64,000 bases of DNA from Callorhinchus milii. Its lineage: Eukaryota. The DNA lies in assembly GCF_018977255.1 (NCBI RefSeq), contig NW_024704742.1, forward strand, positions 127,226,001 to 127,290,000, in the 5' to 3' direction. How positions within the stretch are numbered: position 1 is the stretch's first letter; every line of letters starts with the position of its first letter. Of this stretch, positions 1 through 12,800 are shown one piece after another. The notes under the pieces were generated by a model. That model was not told where the DNA came from. It searched no databases and saw nothing but the letters and a program-made list of their open reading frames with translations. The position numbers and the translations under genes were made by a program.

Positions 1-300
1 AGTTGCCCTCCTCTATCTTCTCAATTTCTCCAATATCCTTTTCGTACTGCGGCGACCAGAACTGTACACAGTATGGTCTCACCAATGTTATACAATGACA
101 GGATTACCCCACTATTTCAGCTTGCTATTGATCTTTTGATACATCCCAACATCTGGTTTGCTGTACTCACTGCCACGGAGCATTGTTGGGAGAACTTCAA
201 TTTATTGTTAATCAGGACCCCCAGGTTCTTTTCATTTTCCATACTTATTATTTTCCCTCCGTTGGCAAAAGCCAAGGTTTGGGGACCCCAGTGCATGTTC
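1..300 (-). mobile_element. CR1 LINE ORF2 fragment, degraded
   Basis: Minus strand reads [18 protein letters not shown], homologous to the CR1 at 14982-15527. Confidence 0.7.
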
Positions 301-650
301 CGCTAATGCTGGAGTCTAATCAGCTGAATGCAATTGGCTACCACGTTTTGCCCACAAAACACAGTCACTACACTAGAGACATCTCTACGACATGATAACG
401 TGCTATATCAAATGCAAATATTATTAAAACAGTATAGTTTGACATCAAAAGTATTACCTGGCAAGCTTCCCACTGCTTGTCCAGCTCGGAACACCCTACC
501 AGTTAAGGCTTTGGCTTACAGCGTTAACAGGAGCTGAGTGGGAAGAACTCCTGGCCCCAATAACCAGTCAAACGTGGTGACCATGACATGTTATCACAAC
601 AGTTTAACGTTGGTTCACTTTTTCTGCTCCTTTGCATTTGTTCAAAACAG

Positions 651-850
651 GACTGGAAGCTCACAGCAGACATTGTGATAAATTGGATGTCGTGAAATTA
701 TGGAGTGTGACATTTCAGATCACCCATAACCGAGATTTCACTCACTCAGCTGAGCAGCTGGCCAGCTTGCAGTGTGTGCTGTGGCTGGCCAACCATCAGC
801 TGGAAAAGATCGAGGCTGTATTTCACCTGCTGAGAGACCGAGAATGTGCA
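651..850 (+). CDS. FANCG: FANCG exon (equivalent to human exon 4)
   Basis: aacag|GA...GCA|gtaagc; 200 nt; phase 1 to 0; GLEAHSRH...[11 protein letters not shown]...ECA. Confidence 0.8.
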
Positions 851-3800
851 GTAAGCCAGTTATGTCACTTCCCGCTGTTTGCTTATTCAGCAGAACTCAC
901 TGTGTCCTGTTGTAGTGCCTCACTATCACGAGAATTTATTATTTCCCCAAGATGATGATTTAAATTACTGATATTCTTTCCTGTCACTGATTTTGGTGTC
1001 TGTGTATATATAATCATAACAATTATCTAAAATGCAGACTATTCAACAGAAACTGTAATTTGTAATAGACTTTAGGATTTAAATTCTCGTCTTGAGATTT
1101 TTGTCCGTGACACATTGTGCAGAGTGTTGAGAAATTCTTAATTTGCAAGCTGCCCTAATTGGAAACTGGATTTCCTCAGTGACTTTTCTCCCCACTGACA
1201 CGTGCTTCTCTGTACCTGGTCTGGCTTCTCGTTGCTGAGATGGAGCCCTATAGTGGCTGTTTCCCCATCCAAGCGACCATTGTTCAAGTATGAGCTTTGA
1301 CAACAACAACAAAAATAGCATTTAAATAGTGTCTTTCACGTGGGGATGACGTCCCAAGGCGCTCACAGTGAATGTTGGTAGAGACTTGACTCTTCGGGAT
1401 GTTTACAGCATTGTCCACCTGATTGCCACACAACCAGTACAGGGTGTTGAAGAGGGACTGGCTGTTTTTTCCCATTCCGAACCCTGGCAAAGCCAGACCC
1501 AATTTGCCCTGTTTGTGCAGCCCTGGCTGAGACCACCAACAACAACAAAAAAAAAACATTTGGATAGCGCCTTTCACATTGGGAGGACGTTCCAAGGCAC
1601 TGGACACTCAGAGTTTCGGACCCGAGCTGGGAGTCGGAATCAGGAGGGTGGAGGGCAGTGGGGAATGGAGGGTGATCGAAAGCACGGTCGAAGAAGAGGG
1701 CCTTGAGATGGGTCTTGAAGGAGGCAAGGAGGGAGGGGACGAGGCAGAGGCACTGCGGGATGGAGTTCCAGAGAGTGGGGGCAGAGTGGCTGAAGGCCCG
1801 CCCGCCAATAGTGGGGTGAGCGAGGTGGGACGTGAAGCAGGCCAGAGCCCGCAGAGTGGAGGAAGCGAGCAGGATGGTAAGGGGTTATAAGGTCACAGAG
1901 GGAGGGGGGAGCAAGACCATGGAGGGCTTTGAAGGGGAGGACCAGGATCTTGAACTGTATCCTCTGTGTGATGGGAAGCCAGTGGCATCGGGCGAGGATG
2001 GGGGTGATAGGATCACGGAGCCTGGTGCTGGAGAGGACACGGGTTTCAGAGTTCTGGATGATCTGCAGCCTATGGAGGGAAAAGTTGGGGTGGCCGATAA
2101 GCAGGGAGTTTGCTTAGTCAAACCTGGATGTTATGAGTCAAGCCTGTAGAGCACTTGCTTTGCAAGTGAGAGACCTGAGTTCAATTCCAGGCAGAGGGCG
2201 AAACCTTGGGCAAGTTTCCTTACTCCACACAGAGCCTAATAATAATCCCTCCAAAACAAAAAACAATAATAAATTGGTCATTTTCAATCTACGACTGTTT
2301 GTGGGACATTGCTGTGCGCAATTGGCTGCCGCGTTCGCCACAAATATACAGTCAATTCGCTTTGGGACGTCCTCCCGACATGAAAAGCGCTATATCAAAT
2401 GCAAGGATTATTATTATTATGAATATGTCTATGAGGTTTCAGTGGCCTGCAGTGTGAGGCAGTGCTGGAGCCGGGCAATTTTGCGGAGGTGGGGTAGGTA
2501 GAGTGGGTCATGGATGGATGTGGAGTAGAAAGGATAGTTGAGGGTCAAACAAGATGCCAAGGTTCTGGACTGACTTAGTGAGATGGAGTGTGCAACCAGG
2601 GATGGTAATGCTGTCAGCGCCTGAGGTGTGGAGGTGCTGACAGAGCCAATCAGGAGAGCCTCGGTCTTGTTGACATTCAACTGAAGAAAGTTTGCTCTCA
2701 TCCAGGACTTGATGTCTGACAGACATTCTGTCAGGACAACAATGGTCCTGGAATCGAGGGTGGAGGCAGAGAGATAGAGGTGGGTGTCATCCGGATACAT
2801 GTGGAAGTATGCGGAGACCAGCAAAGAGCATGAACTGGGGTTCGGACGAGTTCAAAAGCTCCTGGTCCAAAAGCCACATCGCTATACATCTGGGCTGCTA
2901 CTGCCGGGCTTTCTCTGGCCTGCTCCTGGTCAGGACTACTCAGCAACAAGCTCTTCCCAACAATGCATCACACACCAAACACTGTAACTCCAATGTGCAC
3001 ACTGTGTTAGAGTTTGAGCCTAGACTATATGAGTCCAAAATGCCAACGCAGAGTTTGAACCCACCATCTTCTGACTGAATGTAACCTACTGAGCCAAGCT
3101 GACACCAAATGCTCTTTCCATTTTGAGTCTCACTTCTGTTCGCTCAGTGAACCTCCTCAAAATTTACCGCTCCACTCTAGCCTCGGCCAAGTCGTCCTTC
3201 TACTCCAGGATAATCCTGGAGGCGAAGAACAATCCCAGGCTACTGTTTTCCACCACAACCCGACTCCTCCGTCCCCACCGCCAGCCCGCGCAGGTCATCT
3301 CCTCCAACCTTCACTGCGAGGAGATGCTGGATTTCCTTGAATCCAAGATCAAGGGAATCCGCTCCGCGGTCACTTCCCCTCCAACTTCCACCCACCCCCC
3401 ACCCCTTCCCTCCCACACTCCGACTCCTACCCATCCTCCCCTACACACCTTCGTACCCGTTTCCCCACCCTCTGTCACTGAACTCATCCTATCCCTAAAA
3501 CCAACCACCTGCTCCCTTGACCCCATCCCCACTCCACTCCTTATCTCCCAGCTCCACTTTCTTGCCCCACATATCACTGACATCATCAACCTGTCCCTCT
3601 CCTCTGGCTCTGTCCCCATTCCATTAAAAACTGCCATCATCACGCCCACCCTGAAAAAACCCTCCCTTGATGCGTCGCAGCTATCAAGCTACCGGCCCAT
3701 CTCCAACCTCCCCTTTCTCTCCAAGGTCTTGGAAAGAGTTGTCGCCTCCCAACTGCGCTCTTTCCTTTCCACCCATTCTCTTTTCGAACCCCTTCAGTCA

Positions 3801-6800
3801 GGTTTCCGTGCTGCCCATAGCACAGAAACTGCCCTGGTCAAGGTCACCAATGATATCCTGACCATCTGTGACCAGGGCTCCCTCTGTCTCCTCGTCCTCC
3901 TCGACCTATCGGCAGCATTCGATACGGTCGACCACGCTATCCTACTCCACCGCTTGTCCTCCCACCTCAACCTTCAAGGCACTGTCCTTGAATGGTTTAG
4001 GTCGTACCTTTCTCACCGTCTTCACTTTGTCTCGACGAATGGCTTCTCCTCCACCCCCCGCACTGTCTCATGTGGTGTCCCTCAGGGCTCTGTCCTCGGT
4101 CCCCTCCTCTTCACCCTCTATATGCTCCCCCTCGGTGACATCATCCGCAGACATGGAGTTAACTTCCACATGTATGCGGATGACACCCAACTCTACCTTT
4201 CCTCCTCTACTCTCAACTCCACGACCACCGATGTCCTGACAGCTGCCTGTCCGACATCGAGTCCTGGACGAGAGACAACTTTCTTCAGCTCAACGTGCGA
4301 AAAACCGAGGCCCTCCTGATTGGCTCACGTCAGCGCCTCCGCACCTCAGGCGCTGACACCATCAGCATCCAAGGCTGCACTCTCCACCTCTCAAAGCCAG
4401 TCAGGAACCTCGGCGTTTTGTTCGACCCTGAGCTGTCCTTTCTCCCTCACATCCGCACCACAACTGGCACCGCCTTCCATCACCTCCGGAACATCGCCAG
4501 ACTACGGCACTACCTCACCCCTCACGCTGCTGAAACCCTGGTTCACGCCTTTGTCACCTCAAGGCTGGACTATGGGAACTCTCTCCTCGCCGGCCTTCCC
4601 GGCACCTCCCTCCACAAGCTGCAGGTCATTCAGAACTCTGCAGCTCGTGTACTGTCCCGCACCAGGCTTCGGGACCACATCACTCCCACCCTCGCTCGCC
4701 TCCACTGGCTCCCCATCCCCCAGAGGATTGATTTCAAGATCCTCATCCTCACCTACAAGGCCATTCACGGCCTTGCTCCCTCCTACCTCTCTAACCTACT
4801 ATCCCCCTACCTACCTGCCCGTACCCTCCGTTCCTCTGGCTCTGGTCTGCTCCACGTTCCCCGCCCCAACCGCCCTACCATCGGTGGTCGGGCCTTCAGC
4901 CTCTCAGCCCCCAGGCTCTGGAACTCCATCCCCCAGTGCCTTCGCCTTGCTTCCTCCCTTTCCTCCTTCAAGGCCGGTCTCAAAACCTTTCTCTTTGACC
5001 GTGCCTTCAGCTCCCCTCTCGACTCTCTTCCCCCTCCTCGCTCCCTCCCTTCCCTCCCCTCACCCTGACCATTTCCCCCCTCCTTGCTCCCTCCCTTCCC
5101 TCCCCTCACCCTGACCATTTCCCCCCTGCTCGGGTCATGACCCAACTGTGCAGCGCCTTGGGACGTCCTCCTGACGTGAAAGGCGCTTTATAAATGGAAT
5201 CTTGTTGTTGTTGTTCTTGTTCTTGTTGTTGTTGTTGAACAAGAATTCAAATGGAGTTTGGCATTCATTGTGTTTATTGAGTGCACAGTGAGTGCGTGCA
5301 TGTTGTCTGTAGGATGAAACATTCACCGTAAAAAAAAAATTATCAATAGAAATAAACTATCATGATTGTAAACATGCCTGTACCACTCCTCACTTTTATG
5401 TGTTTTATTTTGTAAGGGTTCCTCAGCCTCTGCTTTGGATGAACGATCTGGTGATTTGCTGCAATGGATTAAAATGAGTTCTGTCGAAACTGACCCTGGA
5501 GCTGAGGGAGTCTCACTGGTGATCCAGAGCCACACGAGTCTAAGACAGCTCCTCTTCACTGGCATTGCTTTCCTTCGAGGTACTCGCCCAAACCTGTGGA
5601 AGGCCTGATCGTAAACACACTGTTCAGCAGTAATGTTCGTGGAAGTCTGACAGTAGCTAGTTGTTTAACTGCATTAATGAGTGGTATCATAATAACCGTT
5701 TACATGGCTTTAAAATGAACACTGACATACCTTCATCTCACTGGTAATGAATTGATGAATGGAAAAAAATTATATAATATTTTGATGAGAAAATATTTAG
5801 TTTGTAAATAATTAATAACCGTGGATGTAGGTGGATATTTTGACATCAACACTGGGGAGGAATGGCGGCTCAGAGCAGACGTACGAGTGGCTGTTCCTTC
5901 TTTCATCCATTTATGATCTCTTATCGGAGATGTTTTGTTGCCATGTCAATTCTCCTCACTGGACCATGTTTTCAACAAAAAAGAAAATTCTGTGGTCCCG
6001 AGATTCAATAAGACTTATCTTCTTAGAAAGTCATTGTTTTGTCAATTTGTCACGTGCTGAATAGCTAAGGCAGTCCTCTTCCTATGTTTGTTTTCTTAAC
6101 ATATATTCCTTTAGCGATTACCAGTACCCTTCATTCCTAACTCATGACCGCTGAGAAGGTTGTTTAAACATCCACTGTGGTTTCATATCATGTGACTTAG
6201 AATTATGATATCTATCTTCAAAAAAAATTCTGAAGTTATTTTCATGTCTGCTTAACATTCCACTAGTCACTTAATAGATTTTAAAATTGATCTCCTATAA
6301 TGCTGCTAGGCTCTTTTTTATGCTATCTCTTCATATCTTCATCTCACTGGTAGTGAATTGATGGATGGAAAAAAGATGTCTTTTTTTAAAGTATTATCCT
6401 GCTGCTTTCAGATGCATGAAGATTTAAGAAGAATGATTTGCTTGGTTGCTGCTAGTATGTAACTAATTAATTACTGTGGATCTAGTTGGAAAATGGTCTT
6501 TGAGAAAGAATGTGCTTATTAACCTTTTGTTTTACTCCCAAGTTTATTATGGCCATGCAGTAAGAATGGATGAGGTTGTAGGTAGGAGCAAACGTTTTGC
6601 TTGTTGCCAGCCTTGTGCGACCTAATTTTAGTCCAATTCTTCAGAGTATTGCTGAATGAATAAATTATAAAGGATTATTAATGTTATTATATTGCTTTCT
6701 TCTTGCACACTGGCTAGGTTTTCGCAACATGGAAGACGGTAATTTTGCAAACGCCATTGATGTGTTGCAACAAGCAGTTGCGGGACTTTGCTCCAAGAGA

Positions 6801-9800
6801 ATCCTGGCTCAGCTCTATACCCTGCTCGGCTATAGCTCCATCCAAATGGTAATAAATGTCTGTTGTGTTTGGTGGTTATATTGTGTTTAACCCACAGAAA
6901 TGTTTTGGGCTTCGAGAGCACCATTTTTGAGTGATGAAAGTATTTGTTCACTTAGCAGTAAGTAGGAATGCAGTTGTTAGTCGATTGGCAGATCCCTTTT
7001 CTGGGGGTAATAATCCTTTCAAAAATAAGTAAAATACAAAAATTATAATAATTTGGTCACTCAATCCAAATCTGTTTGTGTGCAACAAGATGTCGCGATT
7101 TGCCCACAGAATATACAGTCAATTCACTTTACAGTATACTCTGTGAAGCACTTTGAGACATCTCAAATACGTCATAAGGCAATATATCAACTGCAAGGAT
7201 TATTATTTGGGGCATGCAATGCTCCTAAAAATGAAGAGAGTATACCTAAGTAATCTATGGTCCAGAGGCATCCTAGTTGCACGCAATATAGCCCCTTTCA
7301 CATCAAGAGGACAACTTGGAAGTGTTTCACAGGATATACTGTAAGGGGTAATGATTCTGTTGGTGAATGTGGCTGCCAATTTGCGCACAGCAGTGTCCCA
7401 CAAACAAGTGTTGTTATCAACTGGGCCAGGGTGATGCCCTAATAGTAAAAATCCTAATGCACTCTTCCGATTCGACCATTGGGGTCCGATTCGACCTTTG
7501 AAGTGTACAATAGCATCCATTTGATAACTCAACCAATTGAATGTGATTGATTGCTTTAGCTGGAAGCACAGTAATTTATCTTACAAGAAGCTTCAGTGGT
7601 GTGTATGATCTGTATCGTGTTGTTCAATAACAACATTACCTCTGATACAAGAGAAGCACCAAAAAATAATAAGTTATGCATACAATCAATAATACTAACC
7701 TTGAGCTGTACAAAGCTCAGGGTAATACTGCAACAAAAATCTCTAAGTGTAAGGAATTGATGAAAATTCAAGGTTTTTGTTCAAGGTTGCACATCAAATT
7801 ATATGTGAAACAATATTCTCAGCTCATACTATCCACTAATAATAATCCTTGCATTTGATATAGCGCTTTTCACGTCGGGAGGACGTCCCAAAGCGTCTTA
7901 CTACTTACTGCTTCATCAGTCAGGCTATGTCCTACAATGCTTTAGCCCTACCATTTATCTCTGTTTCTCTTCTGCATAGTTGGGGGGAGAATGTTGCACA
8001 GTTAATACAGATTTGTGGTGTTGAGGATAATGAGCAATAAGTTGAAGTGTATCTGGCGAAGGGATTGCTTGATTCTTCAGTTTTAATGTATTCACATGTT
8101 CAACTTTGTGCTTTTGTAGTTTGTTATTTTTTACTTCTTTGTGAATATTGAATGGGAAAGAGTAATAGCTTGATGTACACCTCATGATGTCCTCAACCCA
8201 CTCTTTCTCAGGAACTCTCTCCCAAAAGACCTTTGCCTTGTTCTGTCTCTCCCTGCCATCCAAAGTCTTAAAGACCCATTTCATTGACCTTGTATTTTGT
8301 CCACATCCCTAAATTCTCCCTCCTCCCAACATGAAAGGCGCTATATATTAAACAAAACTGTTTAGTGCGTGCTATCATTTCTGTGTAACGCCTTAGGACA
8401 TTCATCCTATGTCAATTCATTATGCAAGTGAAAGTCCCTTGTAAAACTGGTTTGTCATGAAACCCAAATTCTTTCCACAGATACTCCACTCACCTTTGTT
8501 GCATCTCCTGTGTGTCAGCCTGGCTCAGTTTGTAGAACTCTCGCTTCTGATTCAGAAGGTTGTGGGTTCAAGCCCCACGTCGGGACTTGGGACTCATATA
8601 GTATAAGCTGATATTCCAATGCATTGCTGGAGGGAGGGGTGCATTGTCAGACGTACTGTCCTTCAGATGAGATGTTAAACCAAAACCCTGTCTGCTTGTT
8701 CAGGTGCTGGCACTATTCAAAAAGAGAAGGGAGTTACTCCCGGTGCCCTGGCTAACAATTATCCAAATACAATTGGTCATTCACTTCATGGCTGCTTGTG
8801 GGAAATTGCTGTGTACAAATTGGCTGCCGCATTCATCAACAAAACACACTGTTGCTCCACTTTACAGTGTATTCTGTGAAGCGCTTTGAGACATTTCAAA
8901 AACGTGATAAGGCACTGTATCAAATGCAAGGATTATTATTATAATAATTATTAGATCCTGTGAAGCGATTTGGTACCTGCTCCCAATGTGAAAGGTAGGA
9001 ATTATTATTTGTACCAATTGTAGGAATTATTATTTGTTGTCAAAGTCTGAGTGCTTCACAATATTTGTCGTATAGTGTAAAGGTTGTCCATTTGTAGGCA
9101 AACGCTGATAATTGTTGTAATTCTACAGATTTAACATGTAAATTTTGAATCCACCGTCACCAACTTAGACAAAGTGGTTGTACAGTATTTTCAACATATT
9201 GGATTTTAATAGCTTTTGATATAAAATGTGAAGTTTTATAACTCGTTTATGAATATATACTTCTGTATTTTTTAAGGACAGACCACAAACTGCCTTGCAG
9301 TATTTTAAACGGGCTCTGCAAGCAGATTTCCAGTGCCTTTCTGCATTGAATCACGCTGCCCAGGTTTACCATCAACTGGAGATGATGGAACCAGAGCTTG
9401 AGGCCCTCAAATATCTCAATACGGTGAAGCCCATTATTACTTTATACAGTCTTCATTGATTACATTATGTTAGCTGAACTGTTGTGAGCAGGTTAAAGCA
9501 GATGTCATCCTCAATAGCCACGTGTGGCAAAACAATCCAAAGTGCAAGCTAGTAACTGTCTAGATGAAAACATTTCATCTAACTTTGTTAGTGCAAGTAA
9601 TGATAAATTGAGCTTCTTGCAGTAAATTGCTCCGCTGTTGGAAATAATGCTATGTAGCTTTCAGCTCTAATAAAGGGGCATAAGGTGGCAGGGGTTTGTT
9701 CAGAATCAGTGTAGCACACTGAATGTTAATTGATAAGGCAGGGAATTTGGAATGAATCTTAGCCAAAGTATTTTGTTCCTAGGCTTTGGAAAGTCAGGAT

Positions 9801-12800
9801 CAGGCGAAAGAAGATGTTGACTTTATTGACCCTGGAGTTCTGATCAGACCTGAACAGCTTTTACGGATCCCTGAAACATGTCTTCCTCTGGCCAGTGTAA
9901 ACCAAGCCCATGTGAAGCACTTGCTTGCAAAAAAGTTTCTTCAGATTGGAAGGTATTGTCAGACCCCGCCACCGTTAAGCGCTCCTGGACACTACTCGGC
10001 ATGAAGGGTGCTATATAAATGCAAGTTGTTGTATTGTCACATTCCATTGTGTGAGCAATGTTTGGAAAATCAGTTAAGTAATTAAACCTGGTTCTAGCTG
10101 GGAAGGTGATTACTTAAACCAGGTATCAGAAAGGGACGTCCTCCCGACATGAAAAATGCTATACAAATGTAATTTTCTTCTTGTTGTAGAATTAATGTAA
10201 ATTCCCCTCAAATGTTCAGTTAAAATATGTAAGAAAAAATGTCTAAATATGAAAGTTCAAATTAATACAATATAAATTACAATATAATACAAATATATAC
10301 ATTTATATAGTGGCTTTCACGTCAGGAGGACATCCAAAGGCACTTAACAGTACTGTCCTGGCACTCGAACTGGAGGTTTGAGTCGAGGGGAAAGGTGACT
10401 GAAGTGGGTTGACTGTATTGTATTTTTTTGTTAAGAGCTGAAGAGGCAGCAGAACACTACCTTGATCTTCTGTCTTCATTCCTTGAGGGATCCCAACAGG
10501 AAGTGAGTAAAAATTATTTACTTGGTTTATCTTTGCAGACAAGCTGCATTTTATTTTTTACATTTTACAATATGAACCGTAGTGTACTCTCCAGTGTCCG
10601 ATTAAACATTACTGTTTCTGGCTGTGACCTCAGCCTTGATCCCAGTTTAGATCACAGTTGTGGCTTCTGCCTTTCTTGCTGAAGATTTTACATGTTCTAG
10701 AACTGGAGTGAAATTCATTGACATACTCAAATCTGATCATAGATCTTCTTAGTCTCAGTTGTGCCACTTTCTTGTTAGTAGTGTTTACATTTTTACAAAG
10801 TGCTTCATAGAATATATTGTAAAGTGGATTAACTATGTATCTTGTGGGCGAAACATGGCAGCCAATTACACACAGCAGTGTCCCACAAACATTTGTTGTC
10901 TGAATGACCACATTTTTTTTAGATCCGCTAATTGACTAACAACTAGGTTTACTGCTAGGTAAACAGAGGTGTGTGAAACTTGCCTAAGGTTTTGCCCCGT
11001 CTAGGAATTGAACCTGGGTCCTCTCCCTTGCGAGGCAAGCACACTAACCACTGCTCTGCGGGACTCCATTGTTGTAAATCACAATTAAAATGTTGTGTCC
11101 TTGATGATCCCCTCTGGTCGACGTGGATCCAGAAGTAGCAGATGTTCACATGGAGTCCCGTAGCTCAGTGGTTAGGGCACTCGCCTCGCAAGCGAGAGAC
11201 CTGGGTTCGATTCCTGGCAGGGGGAAATCTTGGGCAAGTTTCCTTACTCCACATGCCTGATAATAATCCCTCAAGAAAGAAAAACAATAATAATTTAGTC
11301 ACTTCAATCCATATCTGTTTGTGGGACGCTGCTGTGCGCAATTGGCTGCCACGTTTCGCCCACAAAATATACAGTGAATTCACTTTACAGTATAGTCTGT
11401 GAAGCGTTTTGAGACTGTTGACGTATATTGACTATCACCTCAGGCTACATTGGCTATATTTCAAACAGCAACTGAATGTTCTAGAAGGTTTGATAGTTAA
11501 ATAGTTAAGAGCGGCTTTGCTGACGGGTTGAGGTTAGTTTCTGTTTACATTTCATATTTTTCTGGGAAGATGTTCACTCCTCTGAGATAATGAGCAATCA
11601 GGTCCTTGAGCACAGATGTAAGAACAATGGACCACAGAAAGAAAAGGCTGCGGCCTCAGACACCTGCCATCTCAAGGCTGAGAAACAAGCAGATGTTGGA
11701 AGGCTGCCGAGAAGTTGTCCATATCTCTCTCTCTGCAAAGCAACCTGCAAAGGGGTGGCATCTCTGTGGCAAGGGGAGGTGGAGTTAGAAACACGTAAAA
11801 GAAAGATTTAACTTTGAAATAGTTGGAGTTATGTAGAGGGTCAGCAAACTTCCCAGTGGAATATTGATATTGATTTTTCTGTATCCATATATATGTACAG
11901 GGGTGAGGGAATTTACCTCCAGTAAGAAAGTGACCATGAAAAGTGAAAGAGGAGGAGTAGTGGGTAATATGTTTTCAGTTTTGTTTATTTGGCAAGGAAG
12001 TGTTAACAGTGGAAGTGGTTAGTCAGTTTAAACGCAGAGGTCAGGTTAGGCAGCACGAGTGAGGTGCTGGGCTAATAGCTGATTGTCTCTGTTGGGTTTA
12101 CAGGAGTCACTCTCTGATTCTGTGTGTTAGTCTTTTGATTAAGTATTGTTTTCCAGGATTGGTTGTGTCCAGGAGGGTTTATCGGGCGCCAATCCATATC
12201 ACATTTGTGTTGCAGAGTCAGTTGTCCCTGAAGGTTTACCAGGGCCTGATCCCTGCCTGTATTTTGTGGTGTGTTGTTCGTCTGAAGTACTGAGCAACCC
12301 CTGAGTGCATGCTGTGTGATAAATGTTTTGATCATATAGATGTGTATTGTTATTGTGTTATATGTAGCATAATTTGATTACAGATTGTGAAACCTTATGT
12401 TTCATCTTATGCAATAAACTCTATACTCTTAGCACCATCTGTAAAATTACTAACAAGACGTCTAGAAGACGTGAAAGCGCTATATCAAATGCAAGGATTA
12501 TATCTCGTTCAGTGTCAGCCTACCTTAGTAGGTAGTACCCTTACCTCTGGGTTACAAAGCTGTGGCCTCAAGCCCCAAATCGGGATTCAGCTCGTAGTCT
12601 AGGCTGATCCTCCAGGGCAGTGTTGAGCAGGACTGAATTGTTAGAGGTATCATCCTTTAGATAAGATGTTAAACTGAGTTCATGTTTCCCTGTTCCGGTG
12701 GATGTTAAATATCCCTCGATGCTCTTCGAAAAAAATATCCTGGTCAATAATCCTCCAAATGAATCATTTATTCACCTCACAATCTATTTGTGGGACCTTA

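Noticed and set aside
4320..5145. 264-aa and 112-aa alternative-frame or antisense ORFs
   Set aside because: Shadow frames of the C-rich L2 ORF2.
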